Part shown: positions 54,984 through 64,000 of the stretch, piece after piece
How positions within the stretch are numbered: the first letter of the stretch is position 1
Layout: each line of letters opens with the position of its first letter
Assembly (NCBI GenBank): GCA_963812155.1
Contig: CAWETW010000005.1
Location: 1-64,000, forward strand
Length of the DNA stretch: 64,000 nucleotides
From: Vulcanimicrobiota bacterium
GTDB lineage: Bacteria; Vulcanimicrobiota; Vulcanimicrobiia; Vulcanimicrobiales; Vulcanimicrobiaceae
Direction: 5' to 3'
Program-made: the position numbers and the translations under genes
The notes under the pieces: model-generated
Told to the model about the DNA's origin: nothing
Seen by the model: only the letters and a program-made list of their open reading frames with translations
Databases searched by the model: none

Positions 54984-55864
54984 GCGTCCATCGAGCCTGG
55001 ATCGGACTGGGAGCGAACCTCGGCGATCCCGCCGCAAACGTCGAACGAGCGCTTTCGGCGCTGAACGGGTTGGGGACCGTCCTGCGAGCGTCGTCGCCCT
55101 ATCGCACGCGTCCGTGGGGAAAAACCGACCAGCCCGATTTCGTGAACGCTGCGGCGTTGCTCGAAACCGATTTGGATCCCCGCGATCTCCTCATCGCACT
55201 CAAGGCGCTCGAGCAACGGCTGGGACGGGTCGAAACCGAACGCTGGGGTCCCCGCGCTATCGACCTCGACCTGCTCGCCTACGACCAAGTGACCCTCGAC
55301 GAGCCCGGGCTGCGGCTGCCGCATCCGCGGCTGCGCGAACGTGCCTTCGTGCTGGTTCCGCTGGCCGAAATCGAGCCGGCGTATGCGGCGGCGCGCGACG
55401 CGTTGCCCGCCGAGGAACTGCAAGGGGTCGAGCCTCTGGGCCGGGGAACGGTAGCGCTCATGCCTGACGAGCGCCCCGAAGTCACGCAGCGCGTCCGGCG
55501 GTTGGCCGAATTTCTGGCGGAGAGCGGCGCCGTCCGCGTTCGCATCGAGCGCGACGGCGGCGAAATCGAGGTGGCGCGTATGCCGCGCACGGCGACTACC
55601 GACGGCGTCGCGCACCTCGCCGAGAAGCCGGCGTCGCGCATCGAAACGATTAAGGCCGACCTCGTCGGCATCTTCCGCTTGAGCCGCCCGGCTCCAGTCG
55701 CCGGCGACCTGCTCGAGGAAGATCGCGAGCTCGCGTTCATCGAGGCGCTCGGCATCCGAACGCCGGTACGCAGTCTCGGCGCGGGCCGTATCGTCGCAAT
55801 CGCGCCCGACGACGGCTCGCCGGTCGAATACGGACAAGCACTCTTCTTGCTGGACAGAGGTTAG
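54980..55864 (+). CDS. folK: FolK (HPPK) fused in frame to a BCCP/AccB-like domain lacking the biotinyl-lysine
   Basis: [23 protein letters not shown] and [15 protein letters not shown]; then from M at 55460 an AccB-like LVGIFR...FIEALGI...[18 protein letters not shown]. Confidence 0.88.
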   Translation: MSVHRAWIGLGANLGDPAANVERALSALNGLGTVLRASSPYRTRPWGKTDQPDFVNAAALLETDLDPRDLLIALKALEQRLGRVETERWGPRAIDLDLLAYDQVTLDEPGLRLPHPRLRERAFVLVPLAEIEPAYAAARDALPAEELQGVEPLGRGTVALMPDERPEVTQRVRRLAEFLAESGAVRVRIERDGGEIEVARMPRTATTDGVAHLAEKPASRIETIKADLVGIFRLSRPAPVAGDLLEEDRELAFIEALGIRTPVRSLGAGRIVAIAPDDGSPVEYGQALFLLDRG

Positions 55865-55868
55865 TTCT

Positions 55869-57211
55869 ATCTTTCGAAAGGTCCTGATCGCCAATCGCGG
55901 CGAGATCGCGTTGCGGATTAACCGCGCCTGCCAGGAACTGGGCGTACGGACGGTCGCGATTTTCTCGGAACCGGACCGCCGTTCGCTGCACGTGCGTCAG
56001 GCCGACGAAGCGTTCTGCGTCGGTCCGGGTCCGGTTCCGCGTTCGTATCTGAACATTCCGAACATCATCTCGACGGCGCTCATCACGGGTTGCGACGCGG
56101 TTCATCCGGGCTATGGATTCCTAGCCGAGAACGCGCGCTTCGCGGAAATCTGCGCCGACCACGGATTGACGTTCATCGGGCCGCGCCCCGGCGTCATTGC
56201 GGCGATGGGCGATAAGGCGACGGCAAAGCGCGTGATGCGCGACGCCGGCGTCGGGACCATTCCGGGGACCGACATACTTCCGACGGTCGCCGATGCGGTG
56301 CGCGCCGCGGAGAAGATCGGCTTTCCGGTGTTGCTCAAAGCCACGGCCGGCGGCGGCGGAAAAGGCATGCGCGTGGTCGAGCGCCGCGAGGATCTCGACC
56401 GCGCCTTTGCGAGCGCCACGGCCGAGGCCGAGGCGAGTTTCAAAGACGGCCGTCTGTACATGGAAAAGCTCATCTCAATCCGCGACACGTCGAAGTGCAG
56501 GTGCTCGGCGACGATTTCGGCGAGGTCGTGCACCTCGGCGAGCGCGACTGTTCGGTGCAGAAGCCATCGCACCAGAAGCTCATCGAGGAGTCACCCGCGC
56601 CGAATCTTCCGGCCAAGACGCGCAACGCGCTGCACGCGATGGCGGTGCGCGCGTGCAAGCACGTCGGTTATACGAACGCGGGGACGCTCGAGTTTTTGAC
56701 GACGGGCGACGACGCATACTTCATGGAGATGAACACGCGCATCCAAGTCGAGCATCCGGTTACGGAGATGGTGTACGGCATCGATCTGGTCAAGGAGCAG
56801 ATTCGCATCGCTGCGGGCGAACCGCTCGGCTATGCCCAAAAGGATCTCGTGCCGCGCGGCCACGCCATCGAATGCCGCATCAACGCCGAAGATCCGCGCA
56901 ACGGCTTCGCGCCGCAAGCCGGCACCGTGACCGATGTCGTTTTCCCCGGCGGTCCCGGAATTCGCGTGGATACGCATCTCTATGCGGGGGCGGAGGTGCC
57001 GCCGTACTACGATTCGCTTCTGGCCAAGATCGTCGCCTACGGCGACACGCGCGAAGCGGCGATTGCACGCATGGAGCGCGCGCTGCGCGAAACGGTCGTA
57101 GAAGGCGTGCACACGACGATCGATTTGTGTTTGGAGGTGCTTGCGTCGCCGGAGTTCCGCTCCGGACACTACGACATCGGCTTGCTTCCGGCGATGCTCG
57201 TTTCGGCATGA
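55869..57211 (+). CDS. accC: Acetyl-CoA carboxylase biotin carboxylase subunit (ATC at the start position; indel near 56478)
   Basis: [56 protein letters not shown] and ECRINAED. Confidence 0.95.
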
Positions 57212-57630
57212 CGAGCCGCCGGCTGGGTCGCGAACAGGCGCTGCAAGCGTTGTACTCTACCGAAATCGGCGGACGCGACCCCGCCGACGCATTGGGTGAA
57301 GTCGTCGGCGAGGCTGCGGATACGGCACATCGTGCGTTCGTGCGCGACCTCGTCATGGGCACGCTCGACTACCGCGGCGAAGCCGACCGCATCGTGTCGC
57401 CGCTGCTCGAGGGATGGACCCTCGAACGCCTTCCGACGATCGATCGTTTGCTCTTAGAGATGGGCACCTACGAACTGCGTCCCGGCGCCGAAACGCCGGC
57501 GGCGGTGGCGATCAACGAAGCGGTCGAACTGGCCAAGCGTTTCTCGACCGAGGATTCAGGGCGTTTCGTCAACGGCGTCCTCAACGCGGTCGTGAAGCGG
57601 CTGGCCGAGAGCTCGGATGAGCCGGCGTAA
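57208..57630 (+). CDS. nusB: Transcription antitermination factor NusB
   Basis: RR..REQALQALY, W.LERL..IDR and INEAVELAKRF...FVNGVL. Confidence 0.95.
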   Translation: MTSRRLGREQALQALYSTEIGGRDPADALGEVVGEAADTAHRAFVRDLVMGTLDYRGEADRIVSPLLEGWTLERLPTIDRLLLEMGTYELRPGAETPAAVAINEAVELAKRFSTEDSGRFVNGVLNAVVKRLAESSDEPA

Positions 57631-59682
57631 GAAGGGCCGGCGCGGCGTGTGGCGCGGTATCCTCGTCGCGACTGCTGATGGTGGTGCTCTTTGCCGCGGG
57701 AACGATCGCCGGCATCGTTGCGGCCTATGCGAGAAACCTGCCGGACATCAGTCGCATGGCCGACTATCAGCCGGCGAGCGCGACGCGGATCTTCGCGCGC
57801 GACGGAACGCTGCTTGCATCCGTCTATAAGGAAAATCGCGTCTGGGTGCCGATTTCGCGCATTCCGCCGGTCGTGCGCGAAGCGTTCATCGCCAACGAAG
57901 ATCACAACTTCTACCAGCATCACGGCGTCGATTTCGGCGGCATCGTGCGCGCCGGTTTCGCCGATCTCACGCATCAGGAATTTCAAGGCGCTTCCACGAT
58001 TACGCAGCAGCTTGCGCGTCGTCTCTTTCTCAACAACGAGGTGTCGCTGTCGCGCAAGGTCCAGGAGGCGCTGCTCGCAATGGAGATCGAGCGCTTCTAC
58101 ACCAAAGACGAAATCCTCGAACGCTATTTGAACATCATTTACCTCGGCGCCGGCGCGTACGGTGTCGACGCCGCGGCACACACCTACTTCGGCCGGTCGA
58201 TCGACAAGGTGACCCTCGCGCAGGCGGCAATGCTCGCCGGTGTCGTCGCGGCGCCGTCCGACTACTCGCCGTTTTCGAATATGGACTTGGCGCGCGACCG
58301 GGAACGGCACGTACTGCGAGCGCATGACCGAGAGCGGCTACGTCACGCAAGCAGAAGCTGACGCAGCCTACGAGGCGCCGCTCGATTTGATCGGAGAGCG
58401 CGCCGCCGGTCTGCAAGGCTATGCGTATCCGTATTTCACGACCTACGCAATCGCACAGCTCGACCGCATCTTCGGCAAGAACGCGGTCGATCAAGACGGC
58501 CTTGCGGTCTATACGACGCTCGATCCGCGTATGCAGCGAATCGCGCAAGACGCCGTCACGTGGGGCGTGGGTCAAGCGGTCTCCGAAGGCATCAACGCGC
58601 ACCAGGCCGCGCTGGTCGCACTGCGTCCGTCGACGGGAGAGATTTTGGCGATGGTCGGCGGGACGGGGTTCTCGCTGGCCAACCAGTTCAATCGCGCGTG
58701 GCAAGCGCGACGGCAGCCGGGCTCGTCGTTCAAAGCGTACGTGTATACCGCCGCCATCGATTCCGGGATGCCGGCCTCGGCAACGATCGACGACACGCCG
58801 GTCAGCTACCCGATGGGGGACGGCACGCGGTGGTCGCCCTACGACGACGACTTCCGCTATTTAGGCGCGGTGACGCTGCGCGAAGCGCTGACGCTTTCGC
58901 GCAACGTCGTGGCCGTGAAGCTGGCCGAGCGCATCGGCGTCGACCGCGTCATCGAGTACGCGCATCGCATGGGCATCACGTCGCCGCTGGAAGCAAATCT
59001 TTCGCTGGCACTCGGCTCGTCGGTGGTTTCCGTTCTCGACCAGGCCAGCGGCTACTCGACCCTGGCCAATCAGGGGCTGCACGTCGATCCGACGCCGTTT
59101 CGTCTGGTCAAAGACTCGCTGGGAAGCGTCGTCCTCGACAATCAATATCCGCAGGCCAACGACGTCATCGGGGCCGGCACGGCGTACATCGTCACGTCGA
59201 TGCTGCAGGACGTCATCGCAAAGGGCACCGGCTATCCGAATGCGGTCATCGGCCGCCCGGCGGCCGGTAAGACCGGCACGACGTCGAACTTTCGCGACGC
59301 GTGGTTCGTGGGATTCACGCCCGATCTCGTCACCGCCGTGTGGTTCGGAAACGACGACTACTCGCGCATGAACGAATCCTACGGCGGTAACGTTCCGGCG
59401 CGAATCTGGGCACGTTTCATGAAGGCCGCGCTGGCCGGAACGCCGCCGCACGACTTTACGGTTCCCAGCGACGAAGTCAGCAAAATTGCGGCATGCGGCG
59501 GGGGGCACGAATACTACTTAAAGGGAGAGGAGCCGTATTCGCCTTGCGGCGACGCTTACGCGCAGAACGCTCAGCCGTACGCGACCCTCGCGCCGTACGC
59601 TTCCCTTCCGCCGCAGCCGACGCTGCCGCCGACGCTGCCGCCGCCGACGCTCCCTCCGACGCTGGCGCCGCCGCCCAAATGA
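57617..59682 (+). CDS. Class A penicillin-binding protein PBP1A (indels near 57672 and 58318)
   Basis: GT51 motifs ED.NFYQHHGVD, GASTITQQL, RKVQE and YLN.IYLG; transpeptidase SSFK, SRN and KTGT. Confidence 0.95.
59608..59676 (+). repeat. Coding low-complexity tandem repeat (PPTL-like) in the PBP1A C-terminal tail
   Basis: CCGACGCTGCCG-type units repeated about four times. Confidence 0.7.
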
Positions 59683-61028
59683 ACGAAAACGACAGAGGCT
59701 ATCCCGTTCGGACGGTCGGCGAATTTACGAGCGGCATGGCCGACTGGTTCGTCAAGAAAACGTGGCTGCAGCGTATCGGTATCCGCGGAGAAGTATCGGA
59801 TCTCTACGTTGGGCGCAGCGGTATTCTGAGCTTTAAGCTCAACGAATCGAGCCGGAAAGCCGTGCTCGAATGCGTCGCATGGGCAGACGTGCGCAAGGGA
59901 CTGCCGGAGTTTGCGAACGGCGAGGCGGTTACAGCCGTCGGCAGCGTTCGCGTACGGCCCGACCGCAGCCAGTATCAGTTGCACGTGGAACTGGTTGAGC
60001 TGGAAGGCCGCGGTGCGCTGTTTCTCGAGTACGAACGATTGCGCAAACGTTTCGCCGCCGAAGGATTGTTTGACGCCGGGCGAAAGCGGCCCGTCCCCAC
60101 GTTACTGCGTAAGGTCGCGCTCATCTCATCACGAGGTCTCGGCGCCGAGGATTTCATCCGTGCGATCGAACGCAACGTACCGTTCGTCCAGATCGTTTTC
60201 GTCGAAACGACGGTGCAAGGCATCGGTGCCGAGATCGACATCGCCGATGCGCTCGATCGAGCCTCGCGGCTCGACGTGGATGCCATCGTGCTCGCACGCG
60301 GAGGTGGTTCAGACGAGGATTTAGTGCCGTTCAATCGCGAGCCGGTCGTGCGCGCCATCGTGCGCGCGCTCAAGCCGGTGTTGACGGCGATCGCGCATAC
60401 GCGCAACCAGCACCTCGCGGATTTGGCCGGCGATCGCGAATTCGGAACGCCGTCGCTTGCCGCCGAGTGGATTTCGGCCGGTTGGGTCGAAGCCGGGCGT
60501 CGTCTCAAGGTCGCAGCACGTGACCTCGAGCGCGCGGTGCGGGTGATTGCGGGCGACAACGGCCAGCGGTACGAACGCGCGAGCTTGCGTTTCGAGCGCG
60601 CCGAGGAGCGCCTCGTCGCGGGCAAACGAGCGTCGCTGAACGACTGCATCGCTCGACTTGGCCGGCAGAGCCCTCAGCGAAAGCTCGTCGATTTCAATGC
60701 GCGGCTGGTTCCGGGTCGCGAACGGCTATCGGCTGCGGCGATTCGTCTGTCCTCCCGCAAGGCGCACGCGTGGGGTGAAGCCCGTTCCACGCTCGATCGC
60801 GTCGCAGCAACGCGGTGGATCGGGTTTTCGCGAACGCTCGAGAAGAAGGACGCTGCGCTCGACCGATACGATCCGCTTGCCCCGCTCGAACGCGGCTACG
60901 CGATCGTCACGCTCGGCGGACGCGCGCTGCGCGATGCGCGCGACGCGGCGCGCGGTGACGAGATTGCGGCGCGACTCCATCACGGGAGCCTCCGTGCGCG
61001 CGTCGAACGGGTGAGCGACGATGAGTGA
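59679..61028 (+). CDS. xseA: Exodeoxyribonuclease VII large subunit
   Basis: RGEVSD, YQL.V, GLFD..RKRP.P, VQG, ARGGGS.EDL.PFN, TPS.AAE and L.RGYAIV. Confidence 0.93.
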   Translation: MNENDRGYPVRTVGEFTSGMADWFVKKTWLQRIGIRGEVSDLYVGRSGILSFKLNESSRKAVLECVAWADVRKGLPEFANGEAVTAVGSVRVRPDRSQYQLHVELVELEGRGALFLEYERLRKRFAAEGLFDAGRKRPVPTLLRKVALISSRGLGAEDFIRAIERNVPFVQIVFVETTVQGIGAEIDIADALDRASRLDVDAIVLARGGGSDEDLVPFNREPVVRAIVRALKPVLTAIAHTRNQHLADLAGDREFGTPSLAAEWISAGWVEAGRRLKVAARDLERAVRVIAGDNGQRYERASLRFERAEERLVAGKRASLNDCIARLGRQSPQRKLVDFNARLVPGRERLSAAAIRLSSRKAHAWGEARSTLDRVAATRWIGFSRTLEKKDAALDRYDPLAPLERGYAIVTLGGRALRDARDAARGDEIAARLHHGSLRARVERVSDDE

Positions 61029-61227
61029 CGGCTCACCGAAAACGTTCGAGGAGAAACTCGACCGCATCGACGCGATCGTCAAAGAGCTGGAAGGCGGCCG
61101 CACCGACCTCGATCGCGCCATAGCGCTTTTCAAGGAGGGCAAAACCCTCACGCGCGAATGCGAAGCGCTGCTCAAAAGCGCGCAAGAGCAAATCGATCGC
61201 GCCAGTCGCGTAGAGGCGCAGGAGTAG
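61021..61227 (+). CDS. xseB: Exodeoxyribonuclease VII small subunit
   Basis: TFEEKL.RID.IV..LE.G..DL..AI.LFKEG..L...C. Confidence 0.93.
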   Translation: MSDGSPKTFEEKLDRIDAIVKELEGGRTDLDRAIALFKEGKTLTRECEALLKSAQEQIDRASRVEAQE

Positions 61228-61233
61228 TTTTTC

Positions 61234-62028
61234 GTGCCGCCCGAGCGGGGCCTTCGGTTGGATGCCGTGGTCGCCGAACGTGCCGGCGTAACGCGCTCGC
61301 AGGCGCGGAGTCTCATCATGGAGGGCCGCGTGCGCGTCGACGGCGTCGTAGCGACGAAGGCAGGCCAAAACGCAAGGGCTTCCGCTGCAATCGAAGTCGC
61401 GCGGCCGCGCCGTTTCGTCAGCCGCGGCGGCGACAAACTCGAGGCGGCATTGCAGTCATTCCGTATCGACGTTACCGGTGCAACGGCGCTCGACGTCGGC
61501 GCTTCGACCGGCGGATTCACCGACGCGCTGCTGCAGCGCGGCGCGGCGACCGTGACCGCCGTCGACGTCGGCTACGGACAACTCGACTGGCGCTTGCGAA
61601 ACGACCCGCGGGTCCGGGTCATGGAACGCGTCAACTTCCGGCTGCTGCCCGACGACGCATTCCCCGGTGGTTTCGACGTCGCGGTCATCGACGCGTCGTT
61701 CATTTCCGTGCGCACCCTGCTCGCGCGAGCACGGACGTACGTGCGTCCGGGCGGCGCGATCGTCGCGTTGGTGAAGCCGCAGTTCGAGGCGGGACGCGAA
61801 CGCCTCGGCGGGGGCGGCGTGGTGCGGGACGCCAACGTGCATCGCGAGATACTGCGCGAAGTGCGCGACGCGGCGGCCGCGCTCGGTCTCGTTCCGGTCG
61901 CGCTGGTCGCATCGCCGCTGCGCGGACCGGCGGGCAATCGCGAATTTTTCATCGAGTTGCGCGCCGAAGGTTCGGCATTCGATGACGTGCGGATCGAGGC
62001 GGTCGTTACGCAGGCGGCCGAGGAATGA
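61234..62028 (+). CDS. tlyA: TlyA family rRNA 2'-O-methyltransferase
   Basis: RLD S4 domain, FVSRGGDKL, LDVGASTGGFTD, DVGYGQL, LVKPQFE and GNREF. Confidence 0.95.
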   Translation: MPPERGLRLDAVVAERAGVTRSQARSLIMEGRVRVDGVVATKAGQNARASAAIEVARPRRFVSRGGDKLEAALQSFRIDVTGATALDVGASTGGFTDALLQRGAATVTAVDVGYGQLDWRLRNDPRVRVMERVNFRLLPDDAFPGGFDVAVIDASFISVRTLLARARTYVRPGGAIVALVKPQFEAGRERLGGGGVVRDANVHREILREVRDAAAALGLVPVALVASPLRGPAGNREFFIELRAEGSAFDDVRIEAVVTQAAEE

Positions 62029-62861
62029 TGCCGGCGCCGTCGACCGACGTCAAACGCGTCGGTCTCTACGTCGATGCGGCTCGCGATCGCGCGCGCACGA
62101 TCGGCGAACGTATCGCAGCCAGTTTTCGCGAGCGCGGCTTCGAGGTCGTGGACGCAAAGTCGCCGCAGGTGTATCCGCTGATGATCGTCGTCGGCGGCGA
62201 CGGTACGTTGCTGCGCGCGGCGCGGCTCGCGGTCGGCAACGACGTGCCGGTGCTCGGCATCAACACCGGACGGCTTGGTTTTCTCACCGAGCTCGATGAA
62301 GGCGATCCCGCCATCGATACGCTGCCGGAGGCGGTCGAGCGGGGACTCTACGTCGAGAAGCGGACCGCGCTTGAGGCCGAGTACGAAGGCCGCCGCTACT
62401 TTGCGCTCAACGACGTGGTCGTGCGCAAGGGGGAAATCTCGCGCATCGTGCCGTTCGGTTTGCGCTTCGACGACGAAGCCATCGTGCACATCCCCGCCGA
62501 CGGTATCTGCGTCGCGACCCCGACCGGATCGACGGCCTACTTTCTTTCGGCCGGCGGCGCCATCATCTCGCCGAAGGTCGAGGCCTTCGGCGTCGCACCC
62601 CTACTTCCGCATACGCTCTTTTCGCGGCCGCTGATCGTCCCGGCGACGTCGCACATCGAAATTACCTGCGATTCGGAAATCGCGCAAGCGCATCTCGAGT
62701 GCGACGGCGACGTCCTGGCGGATCTCGCGCCGAGCTCGAGCGTCTTCATTCGAAGACACCCAAAGTGCGTGCAATTCGCGCGTCTTTCTCCGCTGCACTT
62801 CTTCGAACGCCTCGAAGAGAAGATGCTGTGGGGCGTTTCGGTCAAAGGCCCGCGCCGGTAG
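62025..62861 (+). CDS. nadK: NAD(+) kinase
   Basis: GGDGTLL, GINTGRLGFL, ALND and DG...ATPTGSTAY.LSAGG. Confidence 0.95.
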   Translation: MMPAPSTDVKRVGLYVDAARDRARTIGERIAASFRERGFEVVDAKSPQVYPLMIVVGGDGTLLRAARLAVGNDVPVLGINTGRLGFLTELDEGDPAIDTLPEAVERGLYVEKRTALEAEYEGRRYFALNDVVVRKGEISRIVPFGLRFDDEAIVHIPADGICVATPTGSTAYFLSAGGAIISPKVEAFGVAPLLPHTLFSRPLIVPATSHIEITCDSEIAQAHLECDGDVLADLAPSSSVFIRRHPKCVQFARLSPLHFFERLEEKMLWGVSVKGPRR

Positions 62862-62875
62862 GAGCAGACTCCTAA

Positions 62876-64000
62876 GTGTTGCGGCGGCTGGAGATCGAAG
62901 ACTTCGGGCTGATCGCCCGCGCTTGCGTCGACTTCGACGGCGGTGCAACGATCTTCACGGGCGAAACCGGCTCTGGGAAGACGATGCTGCTCGGCGCGCT
63001 GGCGTTTGCGCTCGGCGCGCGTGCCGGCGCCGACGCCGTGCGACGCGGTGCACCCAAAGCAACGGTGACGCTCGCGTTCGAGCCGAGCGATGCCGTACGC
63101 GAGCGTCTCGTTGCCGACGGTTACGAATTCGACTCGGGAGAGGAAGCGACGATCGTACGCGAGACCACGGGCGCCGGCCGTTCGAACGTGCGGCTGTGCG
63201 GACGTCCGTCAACCGCGGCATACGTTCGCGACATCGCGCCGGACATCGCCGAGATTGCCGGGCAGCACGAAGCGCAGCGGCTGCTCTTACCTGCCTACCA
63301 TCAGGAACTGCTCGACCGTTTCGGCGGCAACGAGCCCGCGCGCGCCGCCGTCTCCGCCGCATTCGAACGGCTCGCCGAGAGCGAACGCGCGCTCGAACGC
63401 CTGCGCGCGGACGAGGCGCGCGCCCACGACCGTTACGACGATGCCCTTTTCGCCGCGCGCGAAATCGACGCGGCGCGCCTAACCGCCGGCGAAGAAGAAC
63501 GTCTCGACGAGCGGCGCCGCCGTCTCGACAACCTGCAGCGCGTCGGCGAAGCCCTGGAACGGTCGCGCGTTGCACTCGCCGGTGACGACGCCGGTGCGGT
63601 CGCCGCGCTTGGCGATGCGGCCGCATCGCTCCGCAGCGTCGCCGACGTTTCGCCGTCGTTTCACGCGATGTCGGAGCACGCTGCCGCGCTGCAAAGCGAA
63701 GCCGGAGAACTCGCGTCGGCGGTGGCTGCGGCGGCGGAGAGCGACCTCGATCCCGCCGAACTCGATGCGATTAACGCACGCCTGGAACTCCTCGACGGAT
63801 TGAAACGCAAATACGGCGGCAGCATCGAGCGCGTGTTCGAGCACGGCGAAAAAGCTCGCGCTGCCGCCGCCGAGTACGAAGGACGCGATCGCCGCATCGC
63901 CGATCTGCTCGCGCTGACGAACGATGCCCGAAGCCGCCTCGAGGTCGTTGCGGCAAAACTCACCGCGTCGCGAAAGCGCGCGGCGGCGACGCTCGCCAAG
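62876..64000 (+). CDS. recN: DNA repair protein RecN (runs off window end)
   Basis: GTG start, LRRLEIEDFGLI, Walker A TGETGSGKT, EIAGQHE.Q.L, coiled coil and LKRKYG; follows nadK. Confidence 0.93.
   Translation, partial: MLRRLEIEDFGLIARACVDFDGGATIFTGETGSGKTMLLGALAFALGARAGADAVRRGAPKATVTLAFEPSDAVRERLVADGYEFDSGEEATIVRETTGAGRSNVRLCGRPSTAAYVRDIAPDIAEIAGQHEAQRLLLPAYHQELLDRFGGNEPARAAVSAAFERLAESERALERLRADEARAHDRYDDALFAAREIDAARLTAGEEERLDERRRRLDNLQRVGEALERSRVALAGDDAGAVAALGDAAASLRSVADVSPSFHAMSEHAAALQSEAGELASAVAAAAESDLDPAELDAINARLELLDGLKRKYGGSIERVFEHGEKARAAAAEYEGRDRRIADLLALTNDARSRLEVVAAKLTASRKRAAATLAK

Noticed and set aside
59608..59676. Short direct repeats as a CRISPR array or VNTR element
   Set aside because: In-frame Pro-rich coding repeat with no spacers and no cas genes.
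62862..62875. LexA box upstream of recN
   Set aside because: No GAAC-N4-GTTC site in the short intergenic region.

Overview
High-GC bacterial chromosomal window, about 65 genes, mostly core or housekeeping. No rRNA, tRNA, CRISPR array, transposase or prophage was recognised. Gene order is Terrabacteria/Bacillota-like (tilS-ftsH; G5/3D-rsmA; folP-folB-folK; accB-like-accC-nusB...xseA-xseB-tlyA-nadK-recN). It sits alongside diderm features (ExbB/ExbD/TonB, an outer-membrane cytochrome-porin, an RND adaptor) and hopanoid genes; I infer a Vulcanimicrobiota/Eremiobacterota-like soil organism. Many conserved genes (serS, smpB, accC, rsmA, moeA, PBP1A, hpnJ) carry 1-bp indels in clusters, which look like long-read consensus errors rather than true pseudogenes. 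The 1-22 kb part is more accessory: hpnJ/acyltransferase/hpnI, a glutamate decarboxylase coupled to a MASE1-PP2C-kinase, two S9 peptidases, a Cyc2-like protein with YceI, a cytochrome c and a DUF2249-Crp regulator. Best leads: (1) a LexA box inside a near-consensus promoter driving a catalytically degenerate RNase H-fold protein plus 3-methyladenine glycosylase; (2) a BCCP-like domain lacking the biotin lysine (EALG for EAMK), fused in frame to FolK directly upstream of accC; (3) a Cyc2-like heme-porin gene with a DtxR/SirR-type operator in its leaderless promoter; (4) two diverged copies of a ~100-bp palindromic element with compensatory base changes; (5) a hairpin-rich ~240-nt leader upstream of a G5/3D cell-wall hydrolase; (6) an acyltransferase embedded in the hopanoid side-chain locus.
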